The position numbers and the translations under genes are program-made. Shown piece after piece: positions 54,244 through 61,814 of a DNA stretch of 64,000 nucleotides (positions within the stretch are counted from its first letter, which is position 1; each line of letters opens with the position of its first letter). The stretch comes from Chloroflexota bacterium (GTDB lineage: Bacteria; Chloroflexota; Anaerolineae; UBA4142): contig JAMDCU010000131.1 of assembly GCA_023489485.1 (NCBI GenBank), positions 24,862 through 88,861 on the forward strand, read 5' to 3'. The notes beneath the pieces are model-generated. The model was not told the origin of the DNA and ran no database searches. It was given only the letters and a program-made list of their open reading frames with translations.

Positions 54244-55333
54244 AGCCTCGAACGAGAGAAGGGAACTGAGCCGCGAAGAAATCGACGCCATCCGTGCGAG
54301 GCACCCCATCGAACAGGTGGTGTCGCAGTACGCCGACCTGCATCCTTCGAGTCGGTTGCTGCAAGCTCGCTGTCCCCTGCCAGGCCATGACGATACCGGC
54401 CCGAGCTTTACCGTCTACGTTCAATCTCAATCGTTCTACTGCTTCGGATGCAATCGCGGCGGGGACGTGTTCAAGTTCATCCAGTTGATGGAACATGTGG
54501 GCTTTCGTGATGCTGTCGACAAGCTAGAAGGAAGCAGCATCGTCGTTGAGCCGACCCGGACGGCACGGCAGAAAGAGCAGGCAAATCCGCGATCGAGGAG
54601 AGTGCTAGACGAAGATGCGTGTCATCTGCTGACCGCGGCAGCAGAAGTGTACCACGCCTCGCTGCTGCTGAATGATCGGATGCTCAACTATGTAATCGGT
54701 CGTGGGATCACGATGGAGATCATCAAACGATTTCGCCTGGGGTACGCGATAGGAACGAACCTGGCAAAGTACTTTCGCTTCCGCGGCTGGGACTTGCAGC
54801 TTGGGAAAGACCTGGGACTGGTGGGAGATCACGGCGAGTTCTTTCGGGAGCGCATCATCATCCCCGGATGGCAACACGGAAATGCGATCTATCTCGTGGG
54901 ACGAAAGACGAAGGGCTACCAGCAGGTCAAATATCTCGGCCTGCCGGGCGCGGCCAAGCCGCTGTATGGGCTCGAAGGCGTGATTAGGTTACGCGAGGTG
55001 TTCATCGTCGAGGGCTGCTTCGATATGCTCACGCTCGTTCAATGGGGCTATCCCGCCGTCGCACTGCTCGGCTCTCATCTCAAAGCCGAATGGGAGCAGG
55101 CATTGGCTTTCGCCGCGCGAATCTTTGTCGTGACGGATTCCGACGAAGCGGGACGCGTGTCGGCAAAGACCATCGCCGAGACGTTCGGAGCTCGCTCGAT
55201 TATCGTCCCGCCACTTCCCAACGCCAAGGATGTGAACGAGCTGGCCTTGCAGCCAAAAGGAAGGGAGCACTTTGCCCAACTGGTGAGCCAGGCGCGGCAC
55301 GCAAGAGAAGGTGAGAGAGAAAGGAGAGTATGA
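54227..55333 (+). CDS. DnaG-like primase (CHC2 zinc finger plus Toprim)
   Basis: 'CPLPGHDDTGPSFTVYVQSQSFYCFGCNRGGDVFKF' is a CHC2 finger. 'FIVEGCFDMLTL' and 'VVTDSDEAG' are Toprim motifs. Overlaps the helicase by 17 nt. Confidence 0.9.
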   Translation: MLSPHRASNERRELSREEIDAIRARHPIEQVVSQYADLHPSSRLLQARCPLPGHDDTGPSFTVYVQSQSFYCFGCNRGGDVFKFIQLMEHVGFRDAVDKLEGSSIVVEPTRTARQKEQANPRSRRVLDEDACHLLTAAAEVYHASLLLNDRMLNYVIGRGITMEIIKRFRLGYAIGTNLAKYFRFRGWDLQLGKDLGLVGDHGEFFRERIIIPGWQHGNAIYLVGRKTKGYQQVKYLGLPGAAKPLYGLEGVIRLREVFIVEGCFDMLTLVQWGYPAVALLGSHLKAEWEQALAFAARIFVVTDSDEAGRVSAKTIAETFGARSIIVPPLPNAKDVNELALQPKGREHFAQLVSQARHAREGERERRV

Positions 55334-56079
55334 CACAGACATCAACTGAAGAGGAAGGCTCAGTGAGTATGGTCGCGGAAGACGTGCAGCCAGCAAATCC
55401 GTTGGTAGAAGTGGCGGAATCAGATTCCGAAGGTGCGGCTGAAGCGCCCGATCAAGAAACCGAGCAAGAAAAACAAGACGAGGCCGACACCGACGATACA
55501 GACGAGGTGGAGGCAGGGGCGAACGATGCCGCGCCGAGCGAAGAAACTCCGGTCGCCCCGACGTCATCTTCGACCGGCGCAAAGGCTGCTGCACCGAATC
55601 AACCCGAGGATGACGACCCCCGCTCGGACATCGAGAAACAGCCGTATGAGTTCGATCGCAGCACCGTCCAGATCGCGATTCAACTCCTTCCGAATGATGG
55701 AGATGCGAACGGTCACCCCGTGCTGATCGGGGTGCGAACACACCTGGATGCGCCGATTGTTCGAATGATGAGAGCAAACGAGCTGGGCGATCTCCCGCCT
55801 GCCATTACGACGCTCGTGGAACAACTCAAGGGCGAACTGCCAGCCCGCGAGCAAGCCGCCCGAGAACGCTGGGAGAAAGAAAAAGAAACCCGCGCCCGTA
55901 GGCATACAAAGGCGTCGCCGGCGAAAGAGGCAAAAGCGGCCAAAGGGGCGAAACCGGCAAAACCCAAGACGGTGGGGGCAGCCGCCGCACCCGCGCCGAG
56001 TGTTCTGACGGATGAGCAAAGAGCGAATGCAGTCGGCCAGGTCGCCGTGGCAAACAAACAGCAGATGGCGCTCTTTTAG
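55330..56079 (+). CDS. Acidic-N / basic-C low-complexity protein ending in a clamp-binding-like motif (PRTRC-E-like position)
   Basis: ATGA overlap with the primase stop. The extreme C-terminus is '...NKQQMALF*', which matches the Q-[LM]-x-L-F beta-clamp-binding consensus. Confidence 0.6.
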   Translation: MTQTSTEEEGSVSMVAEDVQPANPLVEVAESDSEGAAEAPDQETEQEKQDEADTDDTDEVEAGANDAAPSEETPVAPTSSSTGAKAAAPNQPEDDDPRSDIEKQPYEFDRSTVQIAIQLLPNDGDANGHPVLIGVRTHLDAPIVRMMRANELGDLPPAITTLVEQLKGELPAREQAARERWEKEKETRARRHTKASPAKEAKAAKGAKPAKPKTVGAAAAPAPSVLTDEQRANAVGQVAVANKQQMALF

Positions 56080-56090
56080 GAGGTGACGCG

Positions 56091-56519
56091 ATGATTCAAG
56101 TGACCATAGATGGCCAATGTTTTCCGCTCCCGGAGGATGTGGGCGGGAAGGATGACTTGCTGCGGGCGGCGCTGGCTCCCTTTGTTCCATGGATCGCCAA
56201 TGCTCGCATTGAGCGCAAAGAAGAAGCCGGGAACACCGTCGTTAGCGTGATCAAGCGCGCCGACACGAAAGGGAGTACAAGCGATGTTGTCGCTGCGCTG
56301 GTCGCCGCGCCTCAGAAGATGAATCCCGCGATCGCGTTGTGGCTCAAGCTCCAGGACGAAGGTAAGCTCGATGATCCGGGCGCCATGGTCGAATGGCAGC
56401 CCGCGATTGCGGAGGCAATTGAAGCCGGCGAACGCGAGATCGGCGAAGTCCGCGCCGCCATGCAGTACCTGGCGGAATGTGCTCCTATTGCCGCCTCGCG
56501 TATCCCCCTTAGCTTCTAG
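56091..56519 (+). CDS. Ubiquitin-like (PRTRC-C-like) domain with an 81-aa C-terminal extension
   Basis: Strong RBS (GGAGGTGA). The first 61 aa, 'MIQVTIDGQCFPLPEDV...TVVSVIKRADTKG', resemble small beta-grasp PRTRC protein C ending in TKG (Gly codon 56271-56273). A helical extension follows. Confidence 0.5.
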   Translation: MIQVTIDGQCFPLPEDVGGKDDLLRAALAPFVPWIANARIERKEEAGNTVVSVIKRADTKGSTSDVVAALVAAPQKMNPAIALWLKLQDEGKLDDPGAMVEWQPAIAEAIEAGEREIGEVRAAMQYLAECAPIAASRIPLSF

Positions 56520-56522
56520 CCC

Positions 56523-57320
56523 ATGAAAGCGGCTCTCGTACAAACGCCGCCGTCCGATGCCTCGCCGCCGCTCTCCGCCACAAATGTCCTCTCGCAGCTG
56601 AAACGAATTCGGTTCCTCTCTGCGGGAGAAGCTCTCCAGCGGCTGAACACCCTCTCGGAAACCAGTCGCATTCTCTGGCTCTACCGCAAGTATTTCCCGC
56701 GAGAGTATGCCCGCTCGACAGCCAGCGCCCTGGTTCCCGTCACTCTCGATGGCGACTGCGGCTATTCCGAACGAGAAAAAGAGTTTCTCGAACTGGTCGA
56801 CAAGCGCCTCTTTCCCATGCCCGATCTCTTCTTTGACGAGACGCGCTTCGAGATGATCCCCATCTACCCGCAGGGCGTCGATTGGGATGAAGACCTGGAA
56901 TACCTCCGCCTGTCCCTCCGGGCGGGGATGGAACTCCTCCAGGAAGAAGAGTCTCCCTTTTGGGAACAGTGGCTGCCGGCGAACCTCCGACCCAAGCCAG
57001 GTGAACACGACTGGAAGAACTTCGAGAAGGCGTGCCGGCGAGTCGGAGGCTTTGCCACTCGCCTGCCCCTCCTCATCGACCTGGTCTCGCACAACACGGG
57101 GACGCTGTGGCTCGATGCCTACTGGGAGTCGGGAGTGGAGGGGTTCGCGTGGTCAGAGGAGGACGTGCAACTGCTCGCCAAGGAATGGCGCGCGGCCCAG
57201 CGGTTCATGAACAAGCTCGATCCCCTGCTCGACCGGATCGAAAAGCATCCGCGCTATTGGCTCACCCGACTGGTCAAGCTGTGGAATGCCTCAATCAAAG
57301 CCGAAGAGAGGAAGAACTGA
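56523..57320 (+). CDS. Hypothetical protein of the Ubl cassette
   Basis: 265-aa ORF, 3 nt after the previous stop and directly abutting the next ATG. No motif recognised. Confidence 0.55.
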   Translation: MKAALVQTPPSDASPPLSATNVLSQLKRIRFLSAGEALQRLNTLSETSRILWLYRKYFPREYARSTASALVPVTLDGDCGYSEREKEFLELVDKRLFPMPDLFFDETRFEMIPIYPQGVDWDEDLEYLRLSLRAGMELLQEEESPFWEQWLPANLRPKPGEHDWKNFEKACRRVGGFATRLPLLIDLVSHNTGTLWLDAYWESGVEGFAWSEEDVQLLAKEWRAAQRFMNKLDPLLDRIEKHPRYWLTRLVKLWNASIKAEERKN

Positions 57321-58019
57321 ATGATCTATCCTCCCGTTGATTTGTCCCGTATGACCCCAATGGCCGCTGACGAGACGGCGTCGCTGATGCTCATCACCGG
57401 GGACCAGTACCTGTTCCGCTTTCGCGACAAGGGAGGCACTGTCGCCTACAAATTCCTGTCGCCCGCCTCTGTACGCGCCGCCTTTGCGCATGAGACGATC
57501 GACACCCAATGGCTCCCGGTCAATGTGCGGCGCTGGGGCATTGGGAAACACGGCGAATGGCTGCTGGTCACCCACCCGCCGCAGGTGTACGAGTTCACAT
57601 TCGCCAGCCTGCACGGGAATGAAACCGTCACCTTCCGGGTGCCAATGCCGGCACTCGCCTTCTTAGGCTACGGTCAGCGCTATCACCTCTGGGCTTTCAA
57701 CGATCGCGAGCTCAGTGCCAACACTCCGCTCTTTGCCGCGCCGCTACCTAATGTGGATGGAAACGGTTCCATCTGCTTCGGGACGAACATCATGCCGCAA
57801 GCATCGGCGCGGACGATAGGTGACGCGTGGAACCTCTTCCTCGCCAGCCCTTTTTCGAACCACTCCGTCAACGGCAAGTCAAAGGCATTTCCAGAGGACG
57901 TGCGGGGTCAACTGGAGAAACTCGCTCAATCCGGGCGGAGACGCTATCCGCTCCGCGATCTCGTGCCGCTCCGCACCACGGCGAACCAAGCGATCGAAAA
58001 CGCTCTGAGAGGAGTCTAG
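57321..58019 (+). CDS. E2 (UBC)-like protein (PRTRC-B-like)
   Basis: 'APLPNVDGNGSICFGTN' parallels the E2 'HPN...G-x-IC-L-D' active-site loop with a candidate catalytic Cys. Sits between the Ubl and JAB genes. Confidence 0.6.
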   Translation: MIYPPVDLSRMTPMAADETASLMLITGDQYLFRFRDKGGTVAYKFLSPASVRAAFAHETIDTQWLPVNVRRWGIGKHGEWLLVTHPPQVYEFTFASLHGNETVTFRVPMPALAFLGYGQRYHLWAFNDRELSANTPLFAAPLPNVDGNGSICFGTNIMPQASARTIGDAWNLFLASPFSNHSVNGKSKAFPEDVRGQLEKLAQSGRRRYPLRDLVPLRTTANQAIENALRGV

Positions 58020-58021
58020 CA

Positions 58022-58690
58022 ATGGCCGAGCTGTCACTCGTGAACTACCGCGTCGCGTATGCCGGGGTTCCTCTTTCGCCCATAGAGGCTAGTCTGTTCG
58101 AATACCTTCTCGCCGCCAATGGAGTCTATGTGCGGGGAGAGCGCCGGGAGTTGGCTGCTCTGCTGCCTGTAGCTTCGTGCGAGATACGTGGGCTCGCAGA
58201 GCTTGAGCCCAAGACCGAGCTGCGTGTCCCGCGGGTTCCGCAAGAACAAGTGCAATGGATGCTGGAGAAAGCCCGGAGAGTGCAAGATGATACCGGGCGC
58301 CCAACCGAGATCATCTTTCACCTCTCGGTGGATGATACAGGCATCTGGAACGTAGAAACGCCGGAACAACTACAGGGACCGGCCCGAGCCAGGCCGCTCG
58401 ACGATTCGGGTGACTCCTCCTATGCCCGCGCGTTCGTGGAAGTGCATTCGCATGTCAATATTTCCGCCCAGTTCTCAGGCACGGATGATGGAGACGAGAT
58501 CGGGTTTCGGGTGTATGCGATCTTGGGACGCATTTTCAACGCTCCGGAAATGCGCGTTCGCGTCGGCCTCTACGGCTACCGCTGGGAGATACCGGCGACG
58601 GAGATATTTGATCTACCGCCGGAGGTCACCGACGCCAAGGATGCGGAGAACACAGAAATGCTCTGGGAAAGGAAGGAAGATGCAAGTTGA
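58022..58690 (+). CDS. JAB/MPN (JAMM) metallopeptidase (PRTRC-A-like)
   Basis: 'FVEVHSHVNISAQFSGTDD' is the H-x-H-x7-S-x2-D JAMM motif. The ATG at 58022 is 2 nt after the E2-like stop. The track ORF extends upstream to 57827. Confidence 0.8.
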   Translation: MAELSLVNYRVAYAGVPLSPIEASLFEYLLAANGVYVRGERRELAALLPVASCEIRGLAELEPKTELRVPRVPQEQVQWMLEKARRVQDDTGRPTEIIFHLSVDDTGIWNVETPEQLQGPARARPLDDSGDSSYARAFVEVHSHVNISAQFSGTDDGDEIGFRVYAILGRIFNAPEMRVRVGLYGYRWEIPATEIFDLPPEVTDAKDAENTEMLWERKEDAS

Positions 58691-58907
58691 TTATGAGTTT
58701 GGGCTGATTACCTTATCCAAGGACGAGCATGCCCGCTTTGACTCAGACGCGGCGTATCGACACAAGGTCCTGCAAAAAGCCCACGACCTGAGCGATGAAA
58801 GCGAAGGGCGCACCGTCTCCATCTACGCGGACGATGCGGAGAAGCAGATCGCCCATGTGAGCTGCGAGACGTTCGATGAAGAGAATCGCGAAACCTTCCT
58901 CGACTGA
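58680..58907 (+). CDS. Small acidic protein of the Ubl cassette
   Basis: The ATG at 58680 overlaps the JAB stop by 11 nt. 75 aa. Ends 4 nt before the E1 ATG. Confidence 0.4.
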   Translation: MQVDYEFGLITLSKDEHARFDSDAAYRHKVLQKAHDLSDESEGRTVSIYADDAEKQIAHVSCETFDEENRETFLD

Positions 58908-58911
58908 CCAC

Positions 58912-59898
58912 ATGAGTTGCAGCCGCACCGGCAGAGAGACCCTGGACCTCTCGCATCTGACAGCAGTGCCGCTGAAACTCGTCGCACTTGGACCGCGAGG
59001 TACCTTGCGGCTCTACCTCATCGGCTGCGGCGGGACCGGCTCATGGCTCGCCCCGCATGTCATCCGCCTGGCCCGGTTCCTGCGTGAAGCCCATGCAATG
59101 AACGTGCAACTGACATTCATCGACGCGGATGTCGTCGAGTCCAAGAACATCTACCGCCAGAACTTCTGCCAAGCGGAGATCGGCGCCCACAAGGCCGAGA
59201 CGCTCGCACTGCGCTTGGGACCGGCTTGGGGTGTCGAAATCGGTGTCCAGGTCGCCCGCTTCGATCCGAAAATGGTGGAGCACCAATACGGCGATATCGG
59301 GCTTTTGATCGGTTGTGTGGACAATGCTGGAGCGCGCAAGACGATCGCCGATACACTCGATCACACTGGGCACGGATGGAACAATGGTGCTTATTCAAAC
59401 GATGCCCCACCTCTGCCCCAGCTATGGTGGCTTGACGCTGGCAACGGCGAGAACACGGGTCAAGTGACTTTCGGATCCACAAGTTCCACCAAAATCCTGC
59501 GCTACGGCTTTCCTCACCACCCCGATTCCACCTACTGCGTCCACCTGCCAGCCCCACATCTGCAACATCCCGACTTGCTTGAGACGCGCCCCGATGAAAC
59601 CAAAACATCGGAAGCACCGTCCAATATCTCTTGTGCCCAGATGGTCTGGGCAGGTGCCCAGTCGCCTTCGATTAACTCGATGGTGGCGAGCATCGCCGCC
59701 TCATATCTCTGGCGGATATTCACGGACAAACGAGGGCTGACGATGTTTGCCACCTACTGCAACCTGGAGGCGATGAGCATTCGCTCTCGGTACATCACGC
59801 CCGAGTCTGTCGGCGCCGTTCTCGACAAGCCGGCAGCTTGGTTCGAGCAGCGCAGGAATGCGAACCGAGCGATGCGCCCGGTTGAACAGGCTGCTTGA
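58912..59898 (+). CDS. ThiF/MoeB/E1-like adenylyltransferase
   Basis: 'LYLIGCGGTGSWL' (GxGxxG), 'FIDADVVESKNIYRQNF' and 'IGCVDNAGARK' are E1/ThiF nucleotide-binding motifs. The track ORF starts at 58876. Confidence 0.85.
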   Translation: MSCSRTGRETLDLSHLTAVPLKLVALGPRGTLRLYLIGCGGTGSWLAPHVIRLARFLREAHAMNVQLTFIDADVVESKNIYRQNFCQAEIGAHKAETLALRLGPAWGVEIGVQVARFDPKMVEHQYGDIGLLIGCVDNAGARKTIADTLDHTGHGWNNGAYSNDAPPLPQLWWLDAGNGENTGQVTFGSTSSTKILRYGFPHHPDSTYCVHLPAPHLQHPDLLETRPDETKTSEAPSNISCAQMVWAGAQSPSINSMVASIAASYLWRIFTDKRGLTMFATYCNLEAMSIRSRYITPESVGAVLDKPAAWFEQRRNANRAMRPVEQAA

Positions 59899-59940
59899 GG
59901 ATGTGGATCGAGGCGGAAGAAATTAGAGGAAGGTTTTGAT

Positions 59941-60360
59941 ATGCCCAGACAAGTCATTAGCCTGATGGTCTATCTGAACGACCGAGACGTGGAGAAACAC
60001 GGTGGATTGTGCCAGGCACGCGACAAGATCACTGCATGGCTGGATGCCAACATTCTCCAGACTCAAAACGTGGGCGCCTATGAGCGAAGCGAGGTCAAAA
60101 CGCTCGAAGGCGAGGACCTCGATTTCCTGCGCGAGTTGATATGGTTCAGCGTCAACTACCATCGCGAAACGGAGAGCGAGATCGTGGCTGAGCATCTCGA
60201 CCTGGGCGAACGCTGCGAGTGGTGCGGCAATTTCCACGTTGAACGCCACCCCGTCTCCCAAGCGATTCTCCGCCATCGCTTTGTGGACCACACTGCTGAA
60301 ATCCGAGCCAAGGAGCAAGAACTCCTTGAGCAGGAAAAAGTGCTCAAAGCCGTTCCCTAA
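59941..60360 (+). CDS. Hypothetical protein
   Basis: 139-aa ORF on the same strand as its neighbours. Contains 'CEWCGNFH'. No family recognised. Confidence 0.45.
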   Translation: MPRQVISLMVYLNDRDVEKHGGLCQARDKITAWLDANILQTQNVGAYERSEVKTLEGEDLDFLRELIWFSVNYHRETESEIVAEHLDLGERCEWCGNFHVERHPVSQAILRHRFVDHTAEIRAKEQELLEQEKVLKAVP

Positions 60361-60379
60361 CTCGAATTGGAGGAATACC

Positions 60380-60640
60380 ATGAGATTTCTGACCGGGAAA
60401 GACTACCCGGAACTGTGCGAAACCTGCCGCCACATGGTGGATATGGTGGTCGATCTGGTCGCAGAGGGACCCGACACCGACGACGAGGAGGCCCCAATCA
60501 ATTTCGTCTACGATCACCATCTGTTCTGCGGAGGCGATCACTGCGCGGTCAAGGAGCAAGCGCGTCTTGAGACGAGGCAGCAGAAATGGATGGAAACCGG
60601 GGCGCACCCCGCCCATTCTACGGAAATCGCTGTACCCTGA
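60380..60640 (+). CDS. Hypothetical small Cys-containing protein
   Basis: GGAGG RBS at 60370-60374 and ATG at 60380. 86 aa with 'CETCRH' and 'FCGGDHC'. Confidence 0.4.
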   Translation: MRFLTGKDYPELCETCRHMVDMVVDLVAEGPDTDDEEAPINFVYDHHLFCGGDHCAVKEQARLETRQQKWMETGAHPAHSTEIAVP

Positions 60641-60720
60641 ACCGAGAGTTGTCCATTTTCGAGTTTTCTTGAGGGTCGGGCCAAGTTATGCTATATTGAT
60701 GTGGGAAAAGGACGTGACAG

Positions 60721-60966
60721 ATGCAACGCTTTAAGAGAAACACAAATCAGAGGTCCAAGTCTGCAGTGACTCGTGGGCCGGCGATAGCCAACCGACGCGC
60801 GGATGCTCACCGTCAACTGGGGGATCTGCTGAGCCTCGTCCACGCTCGCAAGCCCACGATGGATGAGAAAGAGGCTGAGGATCTCATCCTGCGAGAGACG
60901 ATGGCAGTCAAGCGAGCGCGAGCGAGAAAGAGGCTTCCGCCCGAGCGCCGTGGGCAAGGCAATTAG
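60721..60966 (+). CDS. Hypothetical small basic protein
   Basis: 81-aa Arg/Lys-rich ORF preceded by a promoter-like TTGAGG-17-TATATT (60669-60697). Confidence 0.3.
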   Translation: MQRFKRNTNQRSKSAVTRGPAIANRRADAHRQLGDLLSLVHARKPTMDEKEAEDLILRETMAVKRARARKRLPPERRGQGN

Positions 60967-60990
60967 TATTCAGGCTCTTGTTAATTCCAA

Positions 60991-61019
60991 TTGACAATTG
61001 CATTGCGATGCATTACAAT
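60991..61019 (+). promoter_or_regulatory. Sigma70-like promoter with an overlapping repeated operator for the RHH-PIN operon
   Basis: TTGACA (60991-60996), a 17-nt spacer and TACAAT (61014-61019). TGCATTGCG is repeated at 60999-61007 and 61019-61027, with an ATGCAT palindrome at 61008-61013. RBS GGAGG at 61027-61031. Confidence 0.55.
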
Positions 61020-61036
61020 GCATTGCGGAGGTCGGT

Positions 61037-61285
61037 ATGGGAGAGCAATTGACCGTCCGCCTGCCAGCGGACTTGGCAGACCAATTGGATCGCACGGCTA
61101 AGCGGCTGCGCCGCCACCGGTCGGAGGTCGTGCGTCTGGCACTAGAGGAATACCTGATGGCACCACCGGAGGAGCGCCCCATCGAGCGCGTGCGTGACCT
61201 ACTTGGTAAAGTCGAAAGTGGGATCCCGGATCTGGGCCAGCATCATCGCGAGCACCTGGTGAAACGACTCCGCCATGCCCGCTGA
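61037..61285 (+). CDS. vapB: Ribbon-helix-helix (CopG/VapB-type) antitoxin
   Basis: 'EQLTVRLPADLADQLDRTAKRLRRHRSEVVRLALEEYL' is a classic RHH. Overlaps the PIN gene by 11 nt. Confidence 0.8.
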   Translation: MGEQLTVRLPADLADQLDRTAKRLRRHRSEVVRLALEEYLMAPPEERPIERVRDLLGKVESGIPDLGQHHREHLVKRLRHAR

Positions 61286-61718
61286 CCCGACCAGACCCAA
61301 GCCCTCGGTGCTACTGCTCGATACCGGTGCTTTTGTCGCCCTCGTGGACCGCAGCGAGACGCGCCATCGCGATTGTGTCTCGGTACTGGAAGAGTGGTCG
61401 GGACCGCTCGTGACGACCGAGGCGGTTCTAACCGAGACGCTCTATCTGGTCGGTCCCACATGGGCAGCGCAGCAGACATGTTTTGAGTTTTTCCGCCGTG
61501 GCGCCCTGCAGTTGGTCCCCTCATCGCCGGCGAGCCTGCTGCGCGTGGCCGAACTCATGAACAAATACCAAGATTTGCCCATGGATTATGCGGACGGAAC
61601 CCTGGTCGCGCTGGGCGAAGAACTCGCGACAGATCAGGTCTTCACGCTCGACCGTCGAGGCTTTGGCGTGTATCGACTCCATGGGAAGAAACCATTTCGA
61701 ATTCTTCCTGGTCCATGA
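61275..61718 (+). CDS. vapC: PIN-domain toxin (VapC-type)
   Basis: 'VLLLDTGAFVALVD', 'TTEAVLTE' and 'DYADGTLV' supply the acidic PIN residues in the expected order. 147 aa. Confidence 0.85.
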   Translation: MPADPTRPKPSVLLLDTGAFVALVDRSETRHRDCVSVLEEWSGPLVTTEAVLTETLYLVGPTWAAQQTCFEFFRRGALQLVPSSPASLLRVAELMNKYQDLPMDYADGTLVALGEELATDQVFTLDRRGFGVYRLHGKKPFRILPGP

Positions 61719-61814
61719 TGCGTACCCTTGGGTGAACGACACCATTAACCGAATTCAGTCTTTTAGGGCGAGAGGAAATCCTCCTCTCGCCTTTTCAATT
61801 TCCATAGGAGGCAC

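Noticed and set aside
54989-57092. Minus-strand ORFs of 262 aa (54989-55777), 208 aa (55564-56190) and 338 aa (56076-57092) opposite the primase and Ubl cassette
   Set aside because: They are Arg/Gly/Pro-rich antisense products. The + strand genes have RBSs, start/stop coupling and recognisable motifs.
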